Made by a program: the position numbers and the translations under genes. A DNA stretch of 64,000 nt from Bacteroidota bacterium (GTDB lineage Bacteria > Bacteroidota > Bacteroidia > UBA8524): assembly GCA_006226545.1 (NCBI GenBank), contig SBGR01000026.1, forward strand, positions 201 to 64,200, read 5' to 3'. Within the stretch, counting starts at the first letter, position 1. Each line of letters opens with the position of its first letter. The notes beneath the pieces are model-generated. The model saw only the letters and a list, made by a program, of their open reading frames with translations, did no database searches and was not told the DNA's origin. Positions 1 to 8,381 of the stretch are shown here, one piece after another.

Positions 1-1
1 G

Positions 2-142
2 CAGTACCTGAGTGTTATGAAGGTGCTGGGGCTAGAAAAGGATTTATTGTTATTAGCCAAGGATGACCAATTGGGAAGGAAATTGCAAGATGCCAGGCTG
101 GAAACAAATAAAAGGGCACCAAAACGACATGACAAGTCATGA
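2..142 (+). CDS. Partial CDS (C-terminal 46 codons plus stop), putative HipB-like XRE-family antitoxin; its TGA stop overlaps the hipA ATG as ATGA
   Basis: Frame 2 is open from the window edge: QYLSVMKVLGLEKDLLLLAKDDQLGRKLQDARLETNKRAPKRHDKS*. The tail resembles the last helix of an XRE HTH. The 4-nt overlap with the downstream HipA-like gene is typical of hipBA operons. Missing from the ORF track because it is shorter than 60 aa and truncated. Confidence 0.45.
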   Translation, partial: QYLSVMKVLGLEKDLLLLAKDDQLGRKLQDARLETNKRAPKRHDKS

Positions 143-1404
143 GTACTAAGAACACAAAAAAAAATGTATTTGTATTTGCGCATTGGGAACCACTAAAAGA
201 ACCTATTTTAATGGGCACCCTGCATTCTGAACTATTAAGGGGGAAAGAGGTCTTTTCTTTTGAATACGAAAATGCATGGTTGCAGTCTGAATACGCACAG
301 GTGCTGGATCCTGATCTAGATTTATATGAGGGTTTACATTACCTCAATGAGGGCAAACCGAATTTTGGTTTGTTTTTAGATTCCTCTCCGGATAGATGGG
401 GACGAATATTAATGCGAAAACGAGAGGCAGCATTGGCAAGGATGGAAGAAAGGTCAGTACGAAATCTATTTGAGACCGATTATCTGCTCGGTGTTTATGA
501 TGGCCACAGAATGGGTGGTTTGCGATTTAAATTGGAGATGAATGGGCCCTTCTTAAATAACAACAAGGGAATGGCATCTCCTCCCTGGACTTCTATTCGA
601 GCATTAGAGGAAATAAGCTTAAGGTTGGAAAATGATGAAGTTGTAAATGATCCTGAATATTTAAAATGGTTAAGTATGCTGGTAGCGCCTGGATCTTCCC
701 TAGGAGGCGCTCGCCCCAAAGCAAGTATAATTGATGAAAAAGGTCAATTGTGGATTGCAAAATTTCCAAGTGGAAATGATCATTTTGATGTTGGCGCTTG
801 GGAAATGGTAACCTATGAGTTGGCGAAAGCTGCCGGAATAAATATGGCAGAATGCAGAGCACAACAGTTTTCGAGCAAGCATCACACCTTTTTAACTAAA
901 CGCTTTGATCGTTCATCGGATGGACAAAGAATTCATTTCGCCTCGGCCATGACCATGCTTGGTTTTGCTGATGGACAAGATGGAGCCAGTTACCTTGATA
1001 TTGTTGATTTCTTAACGAGCCACGGAAGAAATGTGAAAAATGATTTAAAAGAGCTTTGGCGCAGAATTGTTTTCAACATCAGTGTATCAAATACCGATGA
1101 TCATTTGCGTAATCATGGTTTTATTCTTCATCCGGAAGGCTGGGTGCTTTCACCGGCTTATGATATTAACCCGGTTGAAACCGGGACTGGACTGAGTTTG
1201 AACATCTCAGAAAGCGATAACACTTTGGATTTCGACTTGGCCTTAAAGGTGAAAAACTACTTTAGATTAGATGAAGAAGAGGCTCATCAAATTATAAGTG
1301 AAGTTACGGAAGCAGTAATTAACTGGAAGGCTGTTGCGAAAAAATATGGTATTTCCAATGCTGAGTGTGAGCTTAAGTCCAGAGCCTTTAAAGCAGCTCA
1401 TTAG
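139..1404 (+). CDS. hipA: HipA-like Ser/Thr kinase toxin (type II toxin-antitoxin)
   Basis: 421 aa. Gly-rich ATP loop SSLGGARPKAS (E. coli HipA VAGAQEK-like). Catalytic motif NTDDHLRNHGF (HipA nTDDHaKNfs). SPAYDINP matches the second catalytic Asp region. Confidence 0.8.
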   Translation: MSTKNTKKNVFVFAHWEPLKEPILMGTLHSELLRGKEVFSFEYENAWLQSEYAQVLDPDLDLYEGLHYLNEGKPNFGLFLDSSPDRWGRILMRKREAALARMEERSVRNLFETDYLLGVYDGHRMGGLRFKLEMNGPFLNNNKGMASPPWTSIRALEEISLRLENDEVVNDPEYLKWLSMLVAPGSSLGGARPKASIIDEKGQLWIAKFPSGNDHFDVGAWEMVTYELAKAAGINMAECRAQQFSSKHHTFLTKRFDRSSDGQRIHFASAMTMLGFADGQDGASYLDIVDFLTSHGRNVKNDLKELWRRIVFNISVSNTDDHLRNHGFILHPEGWVLSPAYDINPVETGTGLSLNISESDNTLDFDLALKVKNYFRLDEEEAHQIISEVTEAVINWKAVAKKYGISNAECELKSRAFKAAH

Positions 1405-1414
1405 TTTCGCGAGG

Positions 1415-2788
1415 TTATTTTCCAATACAAAACTTCCCGAAAATATTTCCCAAGAGGTCGTCGGTGCTGATTTCACCCGTGATGTCGCCGAGGTAGTGGA
1501 TCGCTCTGCGGATGTCTTCTGCGAGGAGGTCGCCGGTGAGGCCGCTGTTGAGTCCGGTATAGGCTGCTTCCAAGGCGTCTTTGGTTTCGCGTAAAGCCTC
1601 CAGGTGACGCACATTGCTCACCGTAGCGCCGGAAGCGCCGAGGTTTGCTTCGTTCGCTAGCTTGCTCAAAGCGGCAATCAGGCTGTCGATGTCTTTGTTT
1701 TTGGCGGATACCTGCAAAATCTCCGGTCTGGCTTTCAAGGCTTTCTGCTGTGCCTCGCTTAAACCATCTACTTTATTGGCCACCAATAGAATTTCGGCTT
1801 GTCCGGTTTCGAAGCGTTGGGTTTCGGCTGCCACTTCTTCCAAGCTCATCTCCCGTGCATCGAAGAGGTAAATCACCACCGCCGCATTTTTCATCTTCTC
1901 CAAAGCCCTCGCTATACCAATCTTCTCTATCTCCGATTCGGCATCGTGGCGGATGCCCGCGGTATCGATAAAGCGAAACAGAATACCCTTCAATTGAATG
2001 GCTTCTTCCACGGTATCGCGTGTGGTGCCTGCTATATCGCTCACTATCGCTCGCTCTTCGTTCAAGAGAGCATTGAGCAAAGTCGATTTACCCGCATTGG
2101 GTTTGCCGGCAATAACGGTAGCGTAGCCGTTCTTCATCACATTGCCGAAACGGAAGGATTCAATCAGTCTGTTCACTGCTGCCAAAATCTTCAGGATAAG
2201 GTTCGCTAGCTGATCCCGATCTGCAAACTCCACATCCTCTTCCGAGAAATCGAGCTCCAACTCCACCAATGAGGCAAAGTCGATCAACTCCTGACGTAAC
2301 ACACTGATCTCTTTGGAAAAGCCACCCTTCATCTGGTACATGGCCGTCTTCAAGGCTCCGGCTGAATCGGCAGCAATCATATCGGCCACCGCTTCCGCCT
2401 GCGATAAATCCATCTTACCGTTCAAGAAAGCCCGAAGCGTAAACTCTCCCGGAGAGGCTAGGCGAATGCCCTGCTTCCCTAAAAGTTCTAAAATTCGTTC
2501 TTGGATAAAGCTGGAACCGTGGCAAGAAATCTCCGCCACATCTTGTCCGGTATAGGATTTCGGGTTGTGAAAAACAGCCACCAAAACTTCGTCGAGCTCT
2601 TGATCACCGTCTTTGATTTTACCCAGGTGCACTGTATGCGTTGGCACCTCGCTCAGCTTCTTTCCCTGGAAGACCTGATCGAGAACCTCAAAGGTTTTCG
2701 GACCGCTTATGCGAATCACGCCTATCGCTCCAACACCCGAGGGCGTAGCTAAGGCGGCAATGGTATCATCCGGGAAATAGCCAATCAT
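1415..2788 (-). CDS. mnmE: tRNA modification GTPase MnmE/TrmE
   Basis: 457 aa with G-domain motifs (GKPNAGKSTLLN, DTAGIR, NKVD) and the hallmark C-terminal CIGK. Confidence 0.92.
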   Translation of the reverse strand: MIGYFPDDTIAALATPSGVGAIGVIRISGPKTFEVLDQVFQGKKLSEVPTHTVHLGKIKDGDQELDEVLVAVFHNPKSYTGQDVAEISCHGSSFIQERILELLGKQGIRLASPGEFTLRAFLNGKMDLSQAEAVADMIAADSAGALKTAMYQMKGGFSKEISVLRQELIDFASLVELELDFSEEDVEFADRDQLANLILKILAAVNRLIESFRFGNVMKNGYATVIAGKPNAGKSTLLNALLNEERAIVSDIAGTTRDTVEEAIQLKGILFRFIDTAGIRHDAESEIEKIGIARALEKMKNAAVVIYLFDAREMSLEEVAAETQRFETGQAEILLVANKVDGLSEAQQKALKARPEILQVSAKNKDIDSLIAALSKLANEANLGASGATVSNVRHLEALRETKDALEAAYTGLNSGLTGDLLAEDIRRAIHYLGDITGEISTDDLLGNIFGKFCIGK

Positions 2789-2820
2789 GCTGCAAAACTA
2801 GCGAAAAGGCCGGGAAGCTT

Positions 2821-3333
2821 TTAGCCTGGCATGCTGACGACGCCAATTTTAAAATCGTTAGGTCCGATATAGCACTTCGTTCGCCTGAATAATCGGAAGC
2901 CGGAATTGACCAAAATGGGCACCACCGTAACAACCACCGCCACACCAATGGAAGCGCCTACAAAGGGCGAAAAAGCCCCCGTGCTTGCCAAATAACCCGC
3001 TTCAACAGCCAGCGTACTCAAGCCCGTACTTAGCAGATTTATGGCCCACAGCTGTTTGGGAAAAAACTCGGCTTTGTCGCGCAATTGGATATAGTCAATT
3101 TCAGAATACAGGATGCTATCGTCCGGACTGAAATACAATGCTGAATCGCTAAAGGCATAGATGGCCCCACTGCGCATGGGAAAGTTTCGTTGCGGACGAA
3201 GTTTAATCTGATCGCCCACATAATAGTAATACCGTTGCTGCTTGCCGGGTTTGTAGATAACGAGGTAATCCTTCGCAAAGGCTTCGCCAAGACTACAAAG
3301 CACAAGCAAAACAAGCAGTAGCATTTTTTTCAT
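2821..3333 (-). CDS. Hypothetical membrane-anchored protein with a signal peptide
   Basis: N-terminal MKKMLLLVLLVLCSLGEAFA signal. C-terminal hydrophobic segments. No recognisable catalytic motif. Confidence 0.5.
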   Translation of the reverse strand: MKKMLLLVLLVLCSLGEAFAKDYLVIYKPGKQQRYYYYVGDQIKLRPQRNFPMRSGAIYAFSDSALYFSPDDSILYSEIDYIQLRDKAEFFPKQLWAINLLSTGLSTLAVEAGYLASTGAFSPFVGASIGVAVVVTVVPILVNSGFRLFRRTKCYIGPNDFKIGVVSMPG

Positions 3334-3758
3334 AGATCGTCTGATTTATCCAGCACCTCCCAGGTCTTGTCGGCCATTAGTCGCACGGTTGCGATATAGC
3401 GATCAAAGGCCTTGCTTCTGCCCCACTCGCCGGGAGCAATCAGGGAAAGTTTTCTGTTCCCCTCGTGTTCATAAAGATAGTAGCTTAATCCCACTTGCGG
3501 CACAAAACGCATATCGGCCTCGTAGATTTGCCTTGAAATCTCCACCCTCGCTTCGATGTCTCTAGCCTGTTGCATCAACAGCTCCGCTTGCTTACGCAGC
3601 ATACTGATTTGCTGGTCGGCATGGTGGCGCATCGCTTCATAAGCCGTGGCCTTCACCTTGCCTTTATCGATGGGTTTGATCTGCGCCGAGCCCACGTGCA
3701 AGGGTAAAGGGGCAAAGGAGGCTTCGCCGGTATAGGATTCTTCTTTCTCTTCGCTCAT
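3330..3758 (-). CDS. Conserved hypothetical protein (possibly DUF2452-like). Start placed at the internal Met, MSEEKEE; the ORF track extends to 4028
   Basis: cat at 3756-3758. ATGA overlap with the downstream gene at 3330-3333. No motif recognised. Confidence 0.45.
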   Translation of the reverse strand: MSEEKEESYTGEASFAPLPLHVGSAQIKPIDKGKVKATAYEAMRHHADQQISMLRKQAELLMQQARDIEARVEISRQIYEADMRFVPQVGLSYYLYEHEGNRKLSLIAPGEWGRSKAFDRYIATVRLMADKTWEVLDKSDDL

Positions 3759-3825
3759 CACAACAAAAATAAATTCATTTACTTCCTTTGCAGAAGCTTT
3801 TAAGCTGAACAATTGCCTTTGCGCT

Positions 3826-4491
3826 TTGTTCAGAACAAGTGACGGGTTCATGAAAGGTAAAGTAAACATATCTGATTCGCTGTTAACCACGGTGCTTCTT
3901 ATCCTATACGCAGTAGGCGTGGCCGGGTTACAGTTTAGCGAAACCAAAAGCCTTTTTCTAGCGATGGTGCCCGGGTTTCTGCTGGTAAACCTGATTATCC
4001 TGCTTTTTAAACACGAGAGCTTTACCAAGTCGTTTGGCCTCTGGGCACTGATTACCTACGTGATCGGTTTTTCCGCCGAATGGGTTGGCGTGCATACCGG
4101 ATTGATCTTTGGCCGATACGTTTACGGACCGGTACTAGGCTGGCAGCTCGATGAGATTCCATTGATTATCGGGGTCAATTGGGTGCTTTTGGCCTATGCC
4201 AGCAGAGACATCGCAGGTAGGGTATTTAAACATCCGGTTTTGCGCATCCTCTTCGCTGCTGTTTTGATGGTGCTGCTCGACCTTCAAATTGAACCGGTAG
4301 CGCAAGAATTAAACTTCTGGATTTGGGCCGACTTCCAAATTCCACTGCAGAATTACATAGGCTGGTTTGGGGTTTCAGTGCTCTTGTTTAGCTTGAGTGA
4401 ATGGCTTTTTAAGCGATGGTATAATCCCCTTTCGGTGCAGGTCTACCTTGGACTTTATGTCTTTTTTACCTTATTGCGTCTGATGCAATGA
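3826..4491 (+). CDS. Carotenoid biosynthesis-associated membrane protein (DUF422 family)
   Basis: Polytopic membrane protein of about 215 aa, immediately upstream of gpx and crtZ with overlapping stop/start. Resembles the Bacteroidota DUF422 'carotenoid biosynthesis protein'. An alternative start is at 3850 (MKGKV). Confidence 0.55.
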   Translation: MFRTSDGFMKGKVNISDSLLTTVLLILYAVGVAGLQFSETKSLFLAMVPGFLLVNLIILLFKHESFTKSFGLWALITYVIGFSAEWVGVHTGLIFGRYVYGPVLGWQLDEIPLIIGVNWVLLAYASRDIAGRVFKHPVLRILFAAVLMVLLDLQIEPVAQELNFWIWADFQIPLQNYIGWFGVSVLLFSLSEWLFKRWYNPLSVQVYLGLYVFFTLLRLMQ

Positions 4492-5138
4492 ACCAATTGC
4501 CTTTGAAAACGTTGAAACAAAACTGTATGATAAAACACGCTCTGAATTTGAGTTTAGTAGCCGGCGCGCTGCTGTTATTTAGCCAATGTCAAGATTCAGC
4601 ACATGCTTCTGAATCAAGCTTGAGCGAAGAAGAACTTTGTAAACCTGCTAAAATGGAAAGCACCACCAATTTCTACGATTATACCGTCTTATCGCTATCG
4701 GGTAAAGACACCTTACGCATGTCTGACTTCAAAGGCAAGTTTGTGCTTTGTGTGAATGTGGCTTCCGAATGCGGCTATACACCGCAATACGAAGACTTGG
4801 AAGCCTTATACCAGAAATACAAAGACACATTGGTAGTAATCGGTTTCCCGTGCAATCAGTTTGGCGGACAAGAATCCGGTACTGCAGATGAGATTGCCAG
4901 CTTCTGCAAAAAGAACTACGGCGTAAGCTTTCCTTTGAGCGAAAAGATTGAAGTGAAAGGCGCAAACCAGCACCCTATTTACAGCTGGTTGACTACGCAA
5001 ACTAAAAACGGCTTGGGCGATTACGAGGTGGCTTGGAACTTCAATAAGTTTCTCATCAATCCGGAAGGCAAACTCTTAAAGTATTTCCCTTCCAGTGTGA
5101 AGCCGATGTCGGATGAACTGACTTCTCTCATCAAGTAG
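4488..5138 (+). CDS. gpx: Glutathione peroxidase (Cys-type) with an N-terminal signal/lipoprotein peptide
   Basis: VNVASECGYT active-site motif. FPCNQFGGQE and WNFNKFLI GPx signatures. ATGA overlap with the upstream gene. Confidence 0.88.
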   Translation: MNQLPLKTLKQNCMIKHALNLSLVAGALLLFSQCQDSAHASESSLSEEELCKPAKMESTTNFYDYTVLSLSGKDTLRMSDFKGKFVLCVNVASECGYTPQYEDLEALYQKYKDTLVVIGFPCNQFGGQESGTADEIASFCKKNYGVSFPLSEKIEVKGANQHPIYSWLTTQTKNGLGDYEVAWNFNKFLINPEGKLLKYFPSSVKPMSDELTSLIK

Positions 5139-5139
5139 A

Positions 5140-5601
5140 ATGAATACCTGGATTGCCTTCGCATTGGTTATAGGAACCTTTTGGTTCATGGAGTTTATGG
5201 CGTGGTTTAGCCATAAATACGTGATGCACGGACTGATGTGGCATGTGCACCGCGACCACCACCAAGGCAGTCAGGGGTTCTTTGAACGCAACGACCTCTT
5301 CTTCTTGATATTCGCTGTACCGAGCTGGCTATTTATCATGTTCGGTATGATGGCCGGTAACGACTGGCGCCTGTTTGTAGGCTTAGGCATCTTGCTTTAC
5401 GGCTTTGCTTATTTCCTGGTGCATGACGTGATCATTCACCAGCGTTTTAAGTGGTTCAGAGACTGGGACAATACCTATGTCCGCGCCATCCGCAGAGCCC
5501 ACAAGATGCACCACAAGCACCTTAACAAAGAAGACGGCGAATCATTCGGCATGCTCATCGTGCACAAGCGCTATTGGGACATGGTGCGCAAGAAAGGGTG
5601 A
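5140..5601 (+). CDS. crtZ: Beta-carotene hydroxylase (fatty acid hydroxylase superfamily)
   Basis: 153 aa. Histidine boxes HRDHHQ, HDVIIHQRF and HKMHHKH typical of CrtZ. Starts 1 nt after the gpx stop. Confidence 0.8.
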   Translation: MNTWIAFALVIGTFWFMEFMAWFSHKYVMHGLMWHVHRDHHQGSQGFFERNDLFFLIFAVPSWLFIMFGMMAGNDWRLFVGLGILLYGFAYFLVHDVIIHQRFKWFRDWDNTYVRAIRRAHKMHHKHLNKEDGESFGMLIVHKRYWDMVRKKG

Positions 5602-5662
5602 GCTTCTCATTGCGTGAGAAGCTGTTGAATGTTCATTGTTGACTGTAGGAAGGATAGTATTG

Positions 5663-6856
5663 CTATTCTTTCCTAGGCTGAAGAATGTAGAGGTAAGGAC
5701 GAGTTGACGCCGGCTTATAGACATAGATAATCTCCTTCACCCTCGCATAAGGTAATCTATAAGGCTGAATTCGTTCTACATAGGCTTTCAGATTCCCTAT
5801 TGCGGAGGTGTCTTGTGCCGCATCGCAGAACTTCCCATAAGTATATTCATACCAATTAAGCTGAACTGGTTTATGCGTTATCACAACATAAAGGTTGTAT
5901 AAGCTGTCTGTAGGACTTTCAGTCCAATTTATCCCTCCCATCACACATACTTCCCACTCGCATTTCTCGGGATAATACTGGTAATCCCCAATCCGCAAAT
6001 TGGTGTCACCTGATATTCCAAATTCGTCCATCAGTTTTCTTTTTTGAAAGAATGAATCGATTTGCAAAACGTAACCTGAATTGATTCCAAACGCCCCCGA
6101 TTTGGACTCCAAAATCTTAATTCTGGAAGGTGAAGGATCATGGTTACGAATGGAGTGTGCTTGCTTCAGCCAGTTCCGATTTTTTCTTTTTAACCATGGC
6201 AAATGACCTTTCTCTTTCACCACGTAGATTGTGAAATAAGCTTCTTGAAACTGGGCGATATCCTTCACCATTTGCCATTGATTCTGTTTTTGCCCTAAAG
6301 AATCGTAAAACGGATATGCCATGTATTCAAAAGTGAATGGTCCTTCTGGATTGAAATAGTGCACCCTTTGCAGCTCGCGCTTTTCCGTCAACCGAATAAC
6401 CAATCGCCTGTTCATCTGGTGTTCTCGTTCGTCACAAATTTGATTTCCAGGATCCGTTCGTTCGCACTTACATTTTTCAAGCAAAAGCATTTTTTCACCC
6501 ATGCCTTTAGCTTCAATTTGCCAAGCGGGAAATCCTTTGCTCAACAAATAGGCAAGGAGCGTATCTGCTCTTCTTTGCGAAAAGGAGTCGTTGTAACTCT
6601 GTCCAGCCCGACAATCGGTATGAACCTCTAACCTAAATTTCCAATTAGGCAACATTTTCAGTGAGTCCATCACTTCATCTAAAGCATGACCTAAATCGGG
6701 ACGTAAACTATAGCCTTGGCACCAATCGGAAAGGTATTCGTGTACCTGAAAATAATCGTCTACCTTGGGATTTTGTAAATCTACAGGCTTGCCCCTTTCT
6801 TGCGCGAAAACAGATAGGACCAAAAATAAAACAAGGATAAATCCACCAAGCCTCAT
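5663..6856 (-). CDS. OmpA-family protein: signal peptide, N-terminal OmpA-like peptidoglycan-binding domain, and a ~230-aa uncharacterised C-terminal domain
   Basis: OmpA-like motif KFRLEVHTDCRAGQSYNDSFSQRRADTLLAYL...NRRLVI. Signal peptide MRLGGFILVLFLVLSVFAQE chosen as the start (cat at 6854-6856); the ORF track extends to 6901. Confidence 0.7.
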   Translation of the reverse strand: MRLGGFILVLFLVLSVFAQERGKPVDLQNPKVDDYFQVHEYLSDWCQGYSLRPDLGHALDEVMDSLKMLPNWKFRLEVHTDCRAGQSYNDSFSQRRADTLLAYLLSKGFPAWQIEAKGMGEKMLLLEKCKCERTDPGNQICDEREHQMNRRLVIRLTEKRELQRVHYFNPEGPFTFEYMAYPFYDSLGQKQNQWQMVKDIAQFQEAYFTIYVVKEKGHLPWLKRKNRNWLKQAHSIRNHDPSPSRIKILESKSGAFGINSGYVLQIDSFFQKRKLMDEFGISGDTNLRIGDYQYYPEKCEWEVCVMGGINWTESPTDSLYNLYVVITHKPVQLNWYEYTYGKFCDAAQDTSAIGNLKAYVERIQPYRLPYARVKEIIYVYKPASTRPYLYILQPRKE

Positions 6857-6948
6857 AGGAATAGAACGAAAATATTCAAAATAGTTACATCCACAGTCCA
6901 ACAGCCGACAGTTAACAATAAAGAATCCCGCCCTTCCGTTTACTTTCT

Positions 6949-7680
6949 ATGAACTGGGCAATCGTTCTCCTTACTGGTGTTACCATCCTAGGCAATGGTT
7001 TCAAAGCCGAGCATAAAAAGAATGCAAGGGTGAAAAACGCCTACCAGGAAAAAGAGGAAGTCGTTACCCAACTCTTAACCAAACAAGGCCTCAAAGCCAA
7101 CGACTTGCGCATTTTCTTACGTGCATTGAAAGAAGAGAAGAAGCTGGAGATTTGGGGCTCATCGCTCAAGAAGGAAGAGTGGAAATTGATTCAGACGTAT
7201 AGCATCTGCTCTGCTTCAGGTGAACTTGGCCCGAAACGCAAACAAGGTGATTGGCAGGTTCCGGAAGGCTTTTACCACATTGAAGAACACCGATTTAATC
7301 CGGTTAGTTCATTTCACCTTTCGCTGGGTATAAATTACCCCAATGCCTCTGATAAAATCTTAAGCGATAAGAAAAAGCCCGGAAGCGATATTTATATCCA
7401 CGGTGCCTGTGCCTCCATTGGCTGTATGGCCATGACAGATGACTTTATTCAAGAAATCTACATCATGGCCGTAGAAGCCCGCAACAACGGTCAAAAGAAC
7501 ATACCGGTACATATATTTCCCTGCTACATGAACGATAGCAACCTGAAACGCATTCAGACTGAGTATCCGCAACACAAGTCATTCTGGACGAGTCTGCAAA
7601 AAGGCTATTCGCACTTTGAAAAACAGCACAAACTGCCGTCATTTGTGGTAAACGCCAAAGGCGACTACATTTTCAAATGA
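6949..7680 (+). CDS. L,D-transpeptidase (YkuD-like) family protein
   Basis: Catalytic motif YIHGACASIGCMAMTDD (H-G...S-x-G-C). Confidence 0.7.
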   Translation: MNWAIVLLTGVTILGNGFKAEHKKNARVKNAYQEKEEVVTQLLTKQGLKANDLRIFLRALKEEKKLEIWGSSLKKEEWKLIQTYSICSASGELGPKRKQGDWQVPEGFYHIEEHRFNPVSSFHLSLGINYPNASDKILSDKKKPGSDIYIHGACASIGCMAMTDDFIQEIYIMAVEARNNGQKNIPVHIFPCYMNDSNLKRIQTEYPQHKSFWTSLQKGYSHFEKQHKLPSFVVNAKGDYIFK

Positions 7681-8381
7681 GGTTTAAACTGCTCTTTCTT
7701 ATTGGTCTTTTTAGCTTGAATGCCTCCGCAGAGCGACTGCTGTCAGAAGTGGAAGTGTTTAGCAGTGCGGTAAACGGAAAGATTGAGTTGACCCTTTACG
7801 GACAAACTGAAGTCTACCTCGATGAAGTTCCCAAAGACCGGATCTGCGGCATACACCGCAAGGCTTATGTGAAAGCCAAAGACCGCAAAAGAGGTAAAAC
7901 AGAGCAAGGCACCGCACTTTACGATGAAAGCGGCAAATTGATTGGCAAAGCCGAGAAAGCCATCTTCTTATTAGACAATCCGGATACTACCGGAATACCT
8001 TTTTTCTTTTATGTACGCGGTTATATCTACAGCGACCGCATCGACGTAAACAGCATTCCTGAAAAGGTTTTAGCGATGGACTTGAAAGAGCATAAAGGCC
8101 AAATGGACAGTGCTCAATTGGCCGGTTTTTTAGCGAAGTTTAGCTTTGAACACACCGCTGACACCATGGGTTTTCACTTGTTTCAGATGGAAGAAGAAGA
8201 AAACGTGCGACTCAGTTTAATCTTCCAGAACAAACAATTGGTGGCCATCGTTCCTACCAGGACATTGGAGCTCAGCACCTTCACCACCAAGTTGGAAACA
8301 CCCGGAGCACTCATCTATTACCTTGAAGAATTACGTGAAGAGGAAGAAGCCTGGTTGGTAGGCTATTTTAAGGTGAGGTAA
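7677..8381 (+). CDS. Hypothetical secreted protein
   Basis: Signal peptide MRFKLLFLIGLFSLNASA. ATGA overlap with the upstream L,D-transpeptidase gene. Confidence 0.5.
   Translation: MRFKLLFLIGLFSLNASAERLLSEVEVFSSAVNGKIELTLYGQTEVYLDEVPKDRICGIHRKAYVKAKDRKRGKTEQGTALYDESGKLIGKAEKAIFLLDNPDTTGIPFFFYVRGYIYSDRIDVNSIPEKVLAMDLKEHKGQMDSAQLAGFLAKFSFEHTADTMGFHLFQMEEEENVRLSLIFQNKQLVAIVPTRTLELSTFTTKLETPGALIYYLEELREEEEAWLVGYFKVR

Noticed and set aside
1267-2752. Several 80-136-aa ORFs on the opposite strand of hipA and mnmE (1267-1614, 1334-1594, 1614-1871, 1645-1971, 1799-2209, 2313-2555, 2501-2752)
   Set aside because: They lie entirely within well-supported CDSs and have biased, low-complexity composition. 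I treat them as shadow ORFs.
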